A DNA stretch of 32,000 nt from Nostoc sp. PCC 7120 = FACHB-418. Its GTDB lineage: Bacteria; Cyanobacteriota; Cyanobacteriia; Cyanobacteriales; Nostocaceae. Shown in pieces: positions 9,594 to 19,366 of this stretch. Position 1 is the stretch's first letter. Each line of letters begins with the position of its first letter. The position numbers and the translations under genes are program-made. Under the pieces are notes generated by a model that saw only the letters and a program-made list of their open reading frames with translations, ran no database searches and was not told the DNA's origin. The stretch lies in NCBI RefSeq assembly GCF_000009705.1, contig NC_003272.1, positions 4,590,001 to 4,622,000 on the forward strand. The letters are read 5' to 3'.

Positions 9594-11358
9594 TGCAGAA
9601 ATTGGGCAATTTATCAGCCTAAATCAAGAAGCTTTTGCTGAGTTACTGACTTTCATCGACTTTGCAGAAAAGTTTACCCTTGGTTTGGTGGAAGTTAACT
9701 TTCCTCCCGATGTGGATTTATTAATTGCGGCGTTACAAAACAACCCGGACTGTGAGAATATTCAATTTTTTATTCTTAAATGTGTCGATGCTAATCTGCG
9801 GTTTCTGCGAGATGAAATTATTAAAAGATTATCTGAGATTGAATTAGAATCTAATAAAAAGTTAGTCTTGATTGTCAGAGGTTTAGAAAACGCCATTGGG
9901 GTGTTCGGTGAATATCCCCCAGTATTACAAGACTTAAACTTTGTGCGGGATGCGTATAAAAGAACTGTCCCTCATCCCATATTATTTATTCTGCCAGATT
10001 ATGCCATCACTCGCCTAGCTAAATTCGCACCAGATTTTTGGGCTTGGCGTTCAGGAATATTTCGTTTTAAAACACCAGCAATAACAAAAGAAAATGCTAT
10101 TAATCAGGTTAAAAATAGCGAGATATTAGACAGGATAGAGCCGCCGGAGAAGCAAGAACGCATCGATTTATTACACCGCCTGTTAATGGAAGAAAAACCA
10201 ACTGGACAACAGGTAACAGATGGTAATCTCCGCAGCTATAGTAATATTTTACATCAACTTGGACAGGCTTATTTAAGTCATATAAAACCAGAAAAAGCTA
10301 GGGAATATTTAGAAGAAGCAGAAAGAATTTCTGAAAATTTACAAGATGAGTTATTTCAAGCAGAAGTTATTAACACTTTAGGCGATACCTACTCTCTACA
10401 AAGGCAATTTAATCTAGGAATCAAGTATTATGAGAAATCATTACTAATTGCTAGACGCTTAGAGAATCGCCTTAGTGAAATTAATGCTTTATTTAAACTA
10501 GGTAATGCTTATTTAGATTTGAGGCAATTTTCACAAGCTGCTAAATTTTATCAGCAGTGTTTAGACATTGAGCAAGAGATAGGCGATCGCTATAGCCAAG
10601 CAAGCACTTACCACGAATTGGGAAGAGTCGCCCAAAATTTACGGGAATGGGAACAAGCCAAAACCTATTATCAACAAGCTTTAGATATCACAATCGAATT
10701 TGGCGATCGCTATAACCAAGCAAGCACTTACCACCAGTTGGGAATGGTAGCCCAAAAATTAAGGAAATGGGAACAAGCCAAAACCTATTATCAACAAGCT
10801 TTGGATATCACAATCGAATTTGGCGATCGCTATAACCAAGCCAGAATTTACCACCAGTTGGCAATCGTAGCCCAAAATTTACGAGAATGGCAACAAGCCA
10901 AAACCTATTATCAACAAGCTTTGGATCTCAAAATTGAATTTGGTGATCGCTATAACCAAGCAAGCACTTACCACCAGTTGGGAATGGTAGCCCAAAATTT
11001 ACGGGAATGGGAACAAGCCAAAACCTATTATCAACAAGCTTTAGATATCACAATCGAATTTGGCGATCGCTATAGCCAAGCAAGCACTTACCACCAGTTG
11101 GGAATAGTAGCCCAAAATTTAAGGGAATGGGAACAAGCCAAAACCTATTACCAACAAGCGTTGGATCTCAAAATTGAATTTGGCGATCGCTATAGCCAAG
11201 CCAGCACCTATGGACAATTAGGAACGCTTGCAGAAGCGCAGGAAAATTATGTAGAGGCGAGGCTGAATTTGCAGACAGCTTTAGAAATATACGTTGAGTA
11301 TAAAGATGAACATTGGGCAGGGATAGCAAGAAAAATTTTAGACGAATTACCAGAATGA
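9544..11358 (+). CDS. Tetratricopeptide-repeat protein with a non-TPR N-terminal alpha/beta domain
   Basis: The ATG overlaps the upstream CDS by 50 nt. The first ~230 aa carry FTLGLVEVNF, LVLIVRGLE and PDFWAWRSGIFRF. About nine 40-aa TPR-like units follow (GDRYxQASTYHQLGxVAQNLREWEQAKTYYQQALDI). Confidence 0.85.
   Translation: MSSSKKPSQQPSQINLSAEIGQFISLNQEAFAELLTFIDFAEKFTLGLVEVNFPPDVDLLIAALQNNPDCENIQFFILKCVDANLRFLRDEIIKRLSEIELESNKKLVLIVRGLENAIGVFGEYPPVLQDLNFVRDAYKRTVPHPILFILPDYAITRLAKFAPDFWAWRSGIFRFKTPAITKENAINQVKNSEILDRIEPPEKQERIDLLHRLLMEEKPTGQQVTDGNLRSYSNILHQLGQAYLSHIKPEKAREYLEEAERISENLQDELFQAEVINTLGDTYSLQRQFNLGIKYYEKSLLIARRLENRLSEINALFKLGNAYLDLRQFSQAAKFYQQCLDIEQEIGDRYSQASTYHELGRVAQNLREWEQAKTYYQQALDITIEFGDRYNQASTYHQLGMVAQKLRKWEQAKTYYQQALDITIEFGDRYNQARIYHQLAIVAQNLREWQQAKTYYQQALDLKIEFGDRYNQASTYHQLGMVAQNLREWEQAKTYYQQALDITIEFGDRYSQASTYHQLGIVAQNLREWEQAKTYYQQALDLKIEFGDRYSQASTYGQLGTLAEAQENYVEARLNLQTALEIYVEYKDEHWAGIARKILDELPE
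10582..11220 (+). repeat. Five near-identical 120-bp tandem coding repeats plus a diverged sixth
   Basis: Units start at 10582, 10702, 10822, 10942, 11062 and 11182. Each opens with GGCGATCGC (HIP1), except the unit at 10942, which has GGTGATCGC. Confidence 0.9.
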
Positions 11359-11440
11359 TGGTGAGATGTAAAAGCAGTGGTGTGACAAGCCTAAAATTTA
11401 GGTTGGGTAGAGGCTTTGCGTAACCCAATACCCTGATATG

Positions 11441-11465
11441 GCTGTTGGCTGTTGACTGTTAACAG
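11441..11465. repeat. STRR heptamer array (CTGTTGR)
   Basis: GCTGTTGGCTGTTGACTGTTAACAG, downstream of the TPR gene. Confidence 0.65.
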
Positions 11466-12025
11466 ACTTAAAAGCCTTGTGTTGTCAGGGTTTTATCCTA
11501 TCTTAATGTACTAGTTTAGTCCGGTTATGCTACTAGTGCGATCGCACCAAGCACTATACGCTGCTCGTTTTTATTTCCACCTTTGCTTAACACTTTCTCT
11601 TATTCATCAGATCGCTTTCCTATGAAATGAAAACCCTTCTATACCTTGTGAGGGAAATTTTCTGATAATTTTTCCTGAGAACACCATTATTTACAAGTAG
11701 AGTGTGATGTCTAGGAAATGACAATTTTTCTGTTTTATTTCTAGTTTGTAGCCAATCTTTGATGAATCAGACCTCTTTCCTCTACTAGCAAGGCGGAGCG
11801 ACTCTGAGATAGCAAAGTAATGTTTAGAAATTATTGCAATAAGAGTAGTAACTAAACGTTAAATAATGAGTATAAATTCACTATACTAAAAGCTAAAAAT
11901 TGGCATTTTCACAACAGAAAAATCAGAAATTTGTGGTATTGATTAGGCTTGCTTTAATTTTTTAGATGTTAATATGTAGTAACTAAGCAGTTAGCAAATA
12001 TAACTGCCCAAAAGCGAGGAGAACA

Positions 12026-12580
12026 ATGGCTGATACACAAACTTTGTTACAAAATTTTGGTCAGGTATACGACAATCCAGTGCTACTGGATCGGAGTGTA
12101 ACTGCTCCAGTCACAGAAGGACTAAATGTTCTTCTAGCTAGCTTTCAAGCACTTTATTTGCAATACCAAAAACATCATTTTGTAGTTGAAGGCGCAGAAT
12201 TTTACTCACTGCATGAGTTTTTTAACTCCAGCTACAATGAAGTGCAAGACCACGTTCATGAAATTGGCGAACGGTTGAATGGATTGGGTGGCGTACCGGC
12301 TGCATCTTTCAGCAAGTTAGCAGAATTAACCTGTTTTGAACAAGAATCTGATGGCGTATATTCTTCCCGTAAGATGGTAGAAAACGACCTAGCAGCAGAA
12401 CAGGCGATTATCAACGTTATTCGTCGCCAAGCGGCTCAGGCTGAAAGTTTAGGCGATCGCGGTACACGCTACCTCTACGAAAAAATTCTGTTAAAAACCG
12501 AAGAAAGAGCTTATCATTTAGCTCACTTCTTAGCTAAAGATAGCTTAACCTTAGGATTTGTTCAGCCTGCTCAGAATTAA
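12026..12580 (+). CDS. dps: Dps-family DNA-binding ferritin-like protein
   Basis: 184 aa. [14 protein letters not shown] and FYSLHEFF match the Dps ferroxidase-site helices. GAGGAG RBS lies 6 nt upstream. The position matches recalled alr3808. Confidence 0.85.
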   Translation: MADTQTLLQNFGQVYDNPVLLDRSVTAPVTEGLNVLLASFQALYLQYQKHHFVVEGAEFYSLHEFFNSSYNEVQDHVHEIGERLNGLGGVPAASFSKLAELTCFEQESDGVYSSRKMVENDLAAEQAIINVIRRQAAQAESLGDRGTRYLYEKILLKTEERAYHLAHFLAKDSLTLGFVQPAQN

Positions 12581-12660
12581 CCTTGGCTTAATCTCAATGT
12601 AGTTAATTCTGCTTTAGAGATAATGTCGTCTTAACAAGAAGGAATCTTAAGAAAATGTGA

Positions 12661-12699
12661 AAAATGGCAGAGAGAGTTGATACTCATCTGCCATTTTTT
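12661..12699 (+). terminator. Rho-independent terminator of dps
   Basis: AAAATGGCAGA (12661-12671) pairs with TCTGCCATTTT (12687-12697), and the T-run extends to 12699. Confidence 0.75.
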
Positions 12700-13256
12700 A
12701 TTGATATGTAGATTAGACAATACACAGTCAAATCATGATATGGTGGGCATTGTCAGCCATCGTAAAATGAAAGAGTTTTTTAAATTATTTTTATTCGTTT
12801 AATTAAGTATCATGCAGTGAAGGACATAGTCAGTAAGTTGGGGTTTTTGTATTAATCTAAATTTACGTCGCCAATGCGAGACTACGGAATAATTAAGGTT
12901 TCTTATCTATGCGATGAATAAGGTAAAGCATCAAGGTTTTTAAGCAAAGAAAATAGAAAAATTTTATTACTGATAGTACTGATGAAATTTACGTATCTCC
13001 CCAAGGATTAGTATTGGGATACCACTAAAGGATGAGTATATAATTCAGCGTGATGGATGCAAAAATATACAGACGCGTTGAAATCGTTAACCAGCGCACT
13101 ATATAGAGATATGATCATTTTGACTTTTGCCTTGTTGTACTAGCTGGCAGCTATTGTGTTATCAAACCTAGAAAACTTGATAATAAACAACATGAATAGG
13201 GGGAAAGACCCTTAAAATAATCAGGATTTGTATTCTCGTACTCCAACCCAACGACT

Positions 13257-16200
13257 ATGCCCCGCCGTCAAGACATCCAGAAGATATTATTATTGGGATC
13301 TGGCCCAATTGTGATCGGACAAGCCTGTGAGTTTGATTACTCTGGGACTCAAGCCTGTAAAGCACTGCGAGAAGAAGGTTATGAAGTAGTGCTGGTGAAT
13401 TCCAATCCTGCGACCATCATGACCGATCCGGAAACAGCCGATCGCACTTACATTGAACCACTAACACCGGAATTAGTAGAGAAAGTCATCGCTAGAGAAC
13501 GTCCAGACGCTTTACTACCCACAATGGGCGGACAAACTGCCTTGAATATCGCCGTTGCTTTAGCAAAAAATGGCGTACTGGATCAGTATAATGTTGAATT
13601 AATCGGTGCTAAGTTGCCGGCAATTGAGAAAGCCGAAGACAGAAAATTATTCAATGAAGCAATGGATAAGATTGGGGTCAAAGTTTGCCCCAGTGGTACA
13701 GCCTCATCTTTGGATGAATCGAAAGCGATCGCCCGTCGCATTGGCACTTATCCTTTAATTATTCGCCCAGCTTTTACTATGGGTGGTACGGGTGGTGGTA
13801 TTGCGTACAACCAAGAAGAATTTGAGGAAATGGCGCAAGTCGGGATAGATGCAAGTCCCGTTTCCCAGATTCTTATTGACCAGTCCCTACTCGGCTGGAA
13901 AGAATACGAGTTGGAAGTGATGCGCGACCTTGCAGATAACGTTGTAATTATCTGTTCCATCGAAAATATCGACCCGATGGGTATCCACACCGGCGATTCA
14001 ATTACCGTCGCCCCCGCCCAAACCCTCACCGATAAGGAATACCAACGCCTGCGGGACATGGCGATTAAAATCATCCGTGAGATTGGCGTAGAAACTGGTG
14101 GTTCTAATATCCAGTTTGCAGTCAATCCGGTAAATGGGGATGTGGTTGTCATTGAAATGAACCCCCGCGTTTCTCGCAGTTCGGCTTTGTCTTCCAAAGC
14201 TACCGGCTTCCCTATTGCCAAGATGGCGGCTAAGTTGGCTGTGGGCTACACCTTAGATGAAATTAGAAACGACATCACCAAGAAAACCCCCGCATCCTTT
14301 GAACCGACTATTGATTATGTAGTTACCAAAGTTCCCCGCTTTGCCTTTGAGAAGTTCCCCGGTTCCGAACCAGTCCTGACTACCCAAATGAAATCCGTCG
14401 GGGAAGCAATGGCTATCGGTCGGACTTTTAACGAATCCTTCCAAAAAGCCCTGCGTTCTCTAGAAACAGGCCGCGCCGGCTGGGGTTGCGATAAAGCCGA
14501 AAAATTACCCAGTGGTGAACAAATTCGCGCCCAACTGCGGACACCAAACCCAGACCGGATTTTTGCAGTGCGTCATGCGTTGCAATTAGGGATGAGTCCG
14601 GAAGAAATCTACGAACTCACAGCTATTGACCCCTGGTTCCTAGATAAAATGCAGCAACTGTTGGAGGTGGAAAAATTCCTCAAACGCACACCTCTAAAAC
14701 AGTTGACGCGAGAGCAGATGTATGCAGTTAAACGGGATGGATATAGCGATCGCCAAATTGCCTTTGCCACCAAAACCACAGAAGATGAAGTCCGCGCCTA
14801 CCGCAAAGAACTAGGAGTCACACCAGTTTACAAAACCGTCGATACCTGCGCGGCTGAATTTGAAGCGTTTACACCCTATTACTACTCCACCTACGAAGAA
14901 GAAACCGAAGTTATCCCCGCGAGCAAACCCAAGGTAATGATTTTGGGCGGTGGCCCCAACCGCATCGGTCAGGGAATCGAGTTTGACTATTGTTGTTGTC
15001 ACGCCGCCTATGCACTCAAAGGGGCTGGATACGAAACAATCATGGTCAACTCCAACCCAGAAACAGTATCCACCGACTATGACACCAGCGATCGCCTCTA
15101 CTTCGAGCCATTAACCAAAGAAGATGTCCTCAACATCATCGAAGCTGAGAACCCCGTAGGTATCATCGTCCAGTTTGGTGGACAAACACCGTTGAAGTTA
15201 GCATTGCCTTTACAGGACTATCTCAGGCAGGTTGGTAACGGGTCATTGGTAATAGGTAATGGGAATGAAGAAACAGCAATTACCGATGACCAATTACCAA
15301 TTACCAAGATTTGGGGTACTTCCCCCGACTCAATCGACAGTGCCGAAGACCGGGAAAGATTTGAGAAAATCCTCCAGAAGTTGAATATTTCCCAACCACC
15401 AAACGGAATTGCCCGGAGTTACGAAGATGCACTGATTGTTGCCAAGCGTATTGGCTACCCGGTGGTGGTACGTCCAAGTTATGTGTTGGGTGGTAGGGCA
15501 ATGGAAATTGTCTACTCTGATACAGAATTGGAACGGTACATGACCTTTGCGGTACAGGTGGAACCAGAACACCCAATTTTAATTGACAAGTTCCTGGAAA
15601 ATGCCATTGAAGTCGATGTGGATGCGATCGCCGACCATACAGGAAGAGTCGTAATTGGTGGCATCATGGAACACATCGAACAAGCGGGGATTCACTCAGG
15701 GGATTCCGCCTGTTCTCTACCTTCAATTTCCCTACCACCAGCCGTTCTCAATCAAATCCGTACTTGGACAGTACAACTAGCACAAGAGCTTTCTGTGGTT
15801 GGATTGATGAATATTCAGTTCGCCGTCATTGGTGCTAGCTCTTATTCACCCCAAGTGTATATTTTAGAAGCCAATCCCCGCGCCTCCCGTACCGTACCTT
15901 TCGTATCCAAAGCTACTGGCGTACCTCTCGCAAAATTGGCATCCTTAATTATGTCGGGAAAAACCTTGGAAGAGTTAAACTTTACCCAAGAAGTTATCCC
16001 CAGTCACATTGCCGTTAAAGAAGCTGTATTACCCTTTAATAAATTCCCAGGAACTGATACAATATTAGGCCCGGAGATGCGTTCCACTGGCGAAGTTATG
16101 GGAATCGACAGCGACTTTGGTCGCGCCTTCGCCAAAGCAGAATTAGGTGCTGGAGAACGTCTGCCACTAACAGGAACTGTCTTTGTATCGATGAGCGATC

Positions 16201-16571
16201 GCGATAAATCCGCCGCCGTACCCGTAGTTAGGGAATTTATCGACTTAGGCTTTAAAGTGATGGCTACCTTTGGTACGCGTCGAGTTTTGTTAGAAAACGG
16301 CTTGAATGTGGAATTAGTCTTGAAACTTCATGAAGGCCGTCCCCACGTTATTGATGCCATCAAAAACCAAAAAATCCAACTGATTATTAACACACCTTCT
16401 GGAGAAGAAGCACAAACCGATGCCAGATTAATCCGCCGGACAGGTCTAGCTTATAAAATCCCCATCATTACAACTATCGCTGGGGCTAAAGCAACTGTCG
16501 CGGCCATCCGTTCCATGCAGAATACCACCTTGGACGTAAAAACAATCCAAGAGTATTGCCCGAACTTCTAG
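13257..16571 (+). CDS. carB: Carbamoyl-phosphate synthase large subunit
   Basis: 1104 aa. Canonical start [33 protein letters not shown], two ATP-grasp halves (second half [21 protein letters not shown]) and an MGS-like C-terminus. Confidence 0.97.
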   Translation: MPRRQDIQKILLLGSGPIVIGQACEFDYSGTQACKALREEGYEVVLVNSNPATIMTDPETADRTYIEPLTPELVEKVIARERPDALLPTMGGQTALNIAVALAKNGVLDQYNVELIGAKLPAIEKAEDRKLFNEAMDKIGVKVCPSGTASSLDESKAIARRIGTYPLIIRPAFTMGGTGGGIAYNQEEFEEMAQVGIDASPVSQILIDQSLLGWKEYELEVMRDLADNVVIICSIENIDPMGIHTGDSITVAPAQTLTDKEYQRLRDMAIKIIREIGVETGGSNIQFAVNPVNGDVVVIEMNPRVSRSSALSSKATGFPIAKMAAKLAVGYTLDEIRNDITKKTPASFEPTIDYVVTKVPRFAFEKFPGSEPVLTTQMKSVGEAMAIGRTFNESFQKALRSLETGRAGWGCDKAEKLPSGEQIRAQLRTPNPDRIFAVRHALQLGMSPEEIYELTAIDPWFLDKMQQLLEVEKFLKRTPLKQLTREQMYAVKRDGYSDRQIAFATKTTEDEVRAYRKELGVTPVYKTVDTCAAEFEAFTPYYYSTYEEETEVIPASKPKVMILGGGPNRIGQGIEFDYCCCHAAYALKGAGYETIMVNSNPETVSTDYDTSDRLYFEPLTKEDVLNIIEAENPVGIIVQFGGQTPLKLALPLQDYLRQVGNGSLVIGNGNEETAITDDQLPITKIWGTSPDSIDSAEDRERFEKILQKLNISQPPNGIARSYEDALIVAKRIGYPVVVRPSYVLGGRAMEIVYSDTELERYMTFAVQVEPEHPILIDKFLENAIEVDVDAIADHTGRVVIGGIMEHIEQAGIHSGDSACSLPSISLPPAVLNQIRTWTVQLAQELSVVGLMNIQFAVIGASSYSPQVYILEANPRASRTVPFVSKATGVPLAKLASLIMSGKTLEELNFTQEVIPSHIAVKEAVLPFNKFPGTDTILGPEMRSTGEVMGIDSDFGRAFAKAELGAGERLPLTGTVFVSMSDRDKSAAVPVVREFIDLGFKVMATFGTRRVLLENGLNVELVLKLHEGRPHVIDAIKNQKIQLIINTPSGEEAQTDARLIRRTGLAYKIPIITTIAGAKATVAAIRSMQNTTLDVKTIQEYCPNF
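15228..15308 (+). repeat. In-frame palindromic heptamer (STRR-like) insert within carB
   Basis: GGTAACG/GGTCATT/GGTAATA/GGTAATG on the left faces ATTACCG/ATGACCA/ATTACCA/ATTACCA on the right, as imperfect reverse complements. It encodes [26 protein letters not shown]. Confidence 0.6.
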
Positions 16572-16598
16572 AACACCAATTCAGTAATCTTGAAAGAA

Positions 16599-16790
16599 CC
16601 TCTCCCCCCACTCCTACAAGGAGAGGTGAGTTTGGCTCCCCCTTCCCTGTCTTTGCTACGCAACGCTAACGCGAACGACACGCTGCGCGAACGTAGGGAA
16701 GGGGGTTGGGGGGGTTAGGTACTTCATCAAAAACTTTCTCCCTGCCCCCTGCCCCAATTCCTAACTTTCGCCAGTCCCCAATCCCCAAGA
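16599..16790. repeat. Composite GC-rich palindromic dispersed repeat followed by degenerate CCCCAGT-type heptamers
   Basis: CCTCTCC pairs with GGAGAGG. A perfect 11-bp inverted repeat CCCCCTTCCCT (16638-16648) and AGGGAAGGGGG (16695-16705) is also present. The end GGTTGGGGGGGTTAGGT resembles GTTGGGGTTAGGT at about 21401. Confidence 0.6.
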
Positions 16791-17210
16791 TCCGAAATCT
16801 GCATTAAGCAGTATTTACAAGAAAAATTAAGTAATTATTATAGAAAAATAATTATGGTTTTCATTGAGATATTTTAACAAATATGAGGCAATAGTAATTC
16901 TCTGCGAAAAAGCTAATCGAATATACTTCTAGAAAGCTAGACAAATAGCAACAGGATATTCTTTTGTGTCTTGAAAAAGCCTTCTGTCAAGAGTTAAACG
17001 ATTCTACTCAGTCCCTGAACAATCTGCTAGAAAGCTGTTGATAGCAATTGCTATTGCTAAAAATTTTCCATAACCAAATCTTAATCTCAAGGTGTTGTCG
17101 AATTATGAATGAGCGAAACTGTAATTCTTTTTAATTTTAGGTAACAAAAGCTACAATTTGCTGAATTTATAAAGTTTTTAGTCTCCAAATTAACCATTTT
17201 TTCTCATAAA

Positions 17211-17219
17211 TGTTACAAT
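17211..17219 (+). promoter_or_regulatory. Candidate extended -10 element (TGTTACAAT) upstream of the second sigma-factor gene
   Basis: Fits TGnTAnAAT and lies about 220 nt upstream of the ATG at 17438. There is no good -35. Pattern match only. Confidence 0.25.
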
Positions 17220-17437
17220 TGTTAATACAAGGTTCAACGCAAAAATGTTATTTTCGACACCTTTTATCTAACTAAAGATAGTTGTGCGAAATACGGAATA
17301 ACTGTAACGTCTAGCAGTTAAAGACCTATTGAAACTCCTATAACAGCCGACATCATCGGATGTATAAACCCTAAACGATCAAACAACAACATCCCAGGTT
17401 AACTGGGTAGCAACGGCAAAGAGCATCTATTCAGTTA

Positions 17438-18436
17438 ATGACCCTACCAACAGAAACATCATCACCAAAGAGTAGCGCCATGAAGACCGCTCCAACAGCC
17501 ACAGACCTCGTGCGGACTTACCTGCGTGAGATAGGACGTGTACCACTTTTAAGTCATGAAGAAGAAATTCGTTATGGTAAACAGGTACAGCGTTCCACAA
17601 CGTTGCAAGAAATGCGAGAGGAATTGGCAACCCAGTCAGGGCGTGAACCAAGCGTAGAAGAGTGGGCAAAAGCGGCCAATCTCAACCCAGCAGATTTGCT
17701 GGAAGCGATCGCCGATGGCGAAATAGCCAAGCGCAAAATGGTAGAAGCCAACTTGCGGCTAGTGGTATCCGTTGCCAAAAAATATATTAAACGTAACGTC
17801 GATTTATTAGACCTCATCCAAGAAGGTAGTATTGGAATGCAACGGGGTGTAGAGAAATTTGACCCCACCAAGGGTTATAGATTTTCTACCTACGCCTACT
17901 GGTGGATACGTCAAGCCATCACGCGGGCGATCGCTGAAAAAGCGCGTACTATCCGCCTACCCATCCATATCACCGAGAAGCTGAACAAAATTAAAAAAGC
18001 CCAGCGTCAGCTCTCCCAGAGATTGGGACGTGCGCCTACAGCCGGTGAACTAGCCAACGAATTAGAACTAACACCCAAACAAGTTAGGGAATATTTAGAA
18101 AAAGCCCGTCTCCCCTTATCCTTAGATTTACGCTTAGGGGACAACTACGACACCGAACTAGGAGAAATGTTGGAAGATCCAGGCGCTTCTCCGGAAGACT
18201 TTGTTATGCAATCTTCCCTATCCAACGACCTAGAGGTACTGATGGAGCAATTAACGCCCCAGCAGAAAGAAGTAATCACACTCCGCTTTGGCTTAATCGA
18301 TGGGCAAGCCCTAACTCTAGCAAGAATCGGCGAAATACTTAACATCAGCCGCGAACGAGTCAGACAAATCGAAAGAGAAGCGCTTACCAAATTGCGTAAG
18401 TCTAAAGCCAACATGGGTGAGTATTTGGCAAGTTAG
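17438..18436 (+). CDS. sigD: Group-2 RpoD-family RNA polymerase sigma factor
   Basis: Motifs: [39 protein letters not shown] 17480 is an alternative start. The symbol comes from recalled synteny (carB then sigD, alr3810). Confidence 0.85.
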   Translation: MTLPTETSSPKSSAMKTAPTATDLVRTYLREIGRVPLLSHEEEIRYGKQVQRSTTLQEMREELATQSGREPSVEEWAKAANLNPADLLEAIADGEIAKRKMVEANLRLVVSVAKKYIKRNVDLLDLIQEGSIGMQRGVEKFDPTKGYRFSTYAYWWIRQAITRAIAEKARTIRLPIHITEKLNKIKKAQRQLSQRLGRAPTAGELANELELTPKQVREYLEKARLPLSLDLRLGDNYDTELGEMLEDPGASPEDFVMQSSLSNDLEVLMEQLTPQQKEVITLRFGLIDGQALTLARIGEILNISRERVRQIEREALTKLRKSKANMGEYLAS

Positions 18437-18440
18437 TCAG

Positions 18441-18518
18441 AGACGCGATTAATCGCGTCTGTACATTGGTCAGTAGTCAGATGTAAATCCTCTGTTTACA
18501 TCTGACTGCTGACTTTTT
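18441..18518 (+). terminator. Two hairpins downstream of the sigma-factor gene
   Basis: A perfect 20-bp palindrome AGACGCGATTAATCGCGTCT lies at 18441-18460. An 11-bp stem TCAGATGTAAA/TTTACATCTGA lies at 18477-18505, with TTTTT at 18514-18518. Confidence 0.6.
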
Positions 18519-18708
18519 ACTATTGACTAACAGGTGAGAAAATCCCCTGCTTATGGTACGGTTACGCCCACTTTGATGTATGAATGAGTTTGTTACATTA
18601 TTTGACAGGAACACCAAATGGTTAAAGCAGTCAGATAACAGACATATATCAATCATATATTTAAAGCCATTATCATCACACCCACCAGTATTATTGCAGG
18701 AGGAAAAA

Positions 18709-19053
18709 GTGAGTAATCAATCTAACCGAGTTTCAGAATTTTTTAATAGCGACTCAGAAACAGCCAATCTGCTGTGGCAGTATGTTAAGTCATTAAGTCC
18801 AGAAACTGTTACCCAACTCTCTAAACCCACATCACCAGAAGTTTTTCAGGTAATGGAACGCAATATCATCGGATTATTGGGCAACCTACCTCCAGAACAT
18901 TTTGGAGTCACCATTACTACCAGCCGCGAACATTTGGGACGATTGCTAGCCTCAGCAATGATTAGTGGTTACTTCTTGCGGAACGCTGAACAGAGAATGA
19001 GCTTTGAAACAGTCCTACAAGGAATTGAGAGTAACCACAACGAAGCCGAATAA
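18709..19053 (+). CDS. DUF760-family protein
   Basis: GTG 18709 follows AGGAGG plus 5 nt and is in frame with the ORF 18580..19053. The ~114-aa product has the DUF760-like motifs VMERNIIGLLGNLP and ISGYFLRNAEQR. Confidence 0.7.
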   Translation: MSNQSNRVSEFFNSDSETANLLWQYVKSLSPETVTQLSKPTSPEVFQVMERNIIGLLGNLPPEHFGVTITTSREHLGRLLASAMISGYFLRNAEQRMSFETVLQGIESNHNEAE

Positions 19054-19182
19054 GGTTGTCTAGTTTGTAGTCAGCACCTCAGTGCTTAATTAAATAGACA
19101 AGGATAAATTCCCTGTTCCCTACGAAAAGCTGGCGCGAACTTACTTTGTTCGTAGGGTCAACTACAAACAGGCAAATTATAG

Positions 19183-19222
19183 CTGGGGGCTGGGGACTGG
19201 GTAACGGGGACTGGGGACTGGG
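19183..19222. repeat. STRR1-type heptamer array (ACTGGGG, complement of CCCCAGT)
   Basis: CTGGGGGCTGGGGACTGGGTAACGGGGACTGGGGACTGGG. Confidence 0.7.
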
Positions 19223-19324
19223 TTAAAAGTCTTGTTATGTCTAGGTTGTATTATCTATTGGTGTCCTAACACTACTGGCGACAGCTATATATGAGCAGTA
19301 TTTAAGTTATATTTTTAATAAGTA

Positions 19325-19364
19325 AAAACTCGGTAGATAGCCAACAGATCTGCCGAGTTTTGTT
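19325..19364. terminator. Orphan bidirectional hairpin terminator
   Basis: AAAACTCGGTAGA (19325-19337) pairs with TCTGCCGAGTTTT (19349-19361) with one G-U pair. U-runs follow on both strands. No CDS ends nearby; the closest stop is at 19053. Confidence 0.45.
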
Positions 19365-19366
19365 AT

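Noticed and set aside
10582-11220. Regularly spaced 120-bp repeats, considered as a possible CRISPR array
   Set aside because: The units are contiguous with no unique spacers, are in frame within a TPR protein, and are far longer than CRISPR repeats. The STRR heptamer arrays elsewhere are also not CRISPRs.
13748-15576. Antisense ORFs inside carB (13748-14221, 14253-14444, 14811-15002, 15301-15576, 15330-15572)
   Set aside because: They lie entirely within a strongly supported 1104-aa CDS on the opposite strand and have low-complexity, motif-free translations. They are typical shadow ORFs.
17141-17154. GTAACAAAAGCTAC (GTA-N8-TAC), considered as an NtcA binding site
   Set aside because: No TAN3T -10 box lies about 22 nt downstream. 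The motif is short and is expected by chance in AT-rich DNA. It is kept only as a note under the spacer finding.
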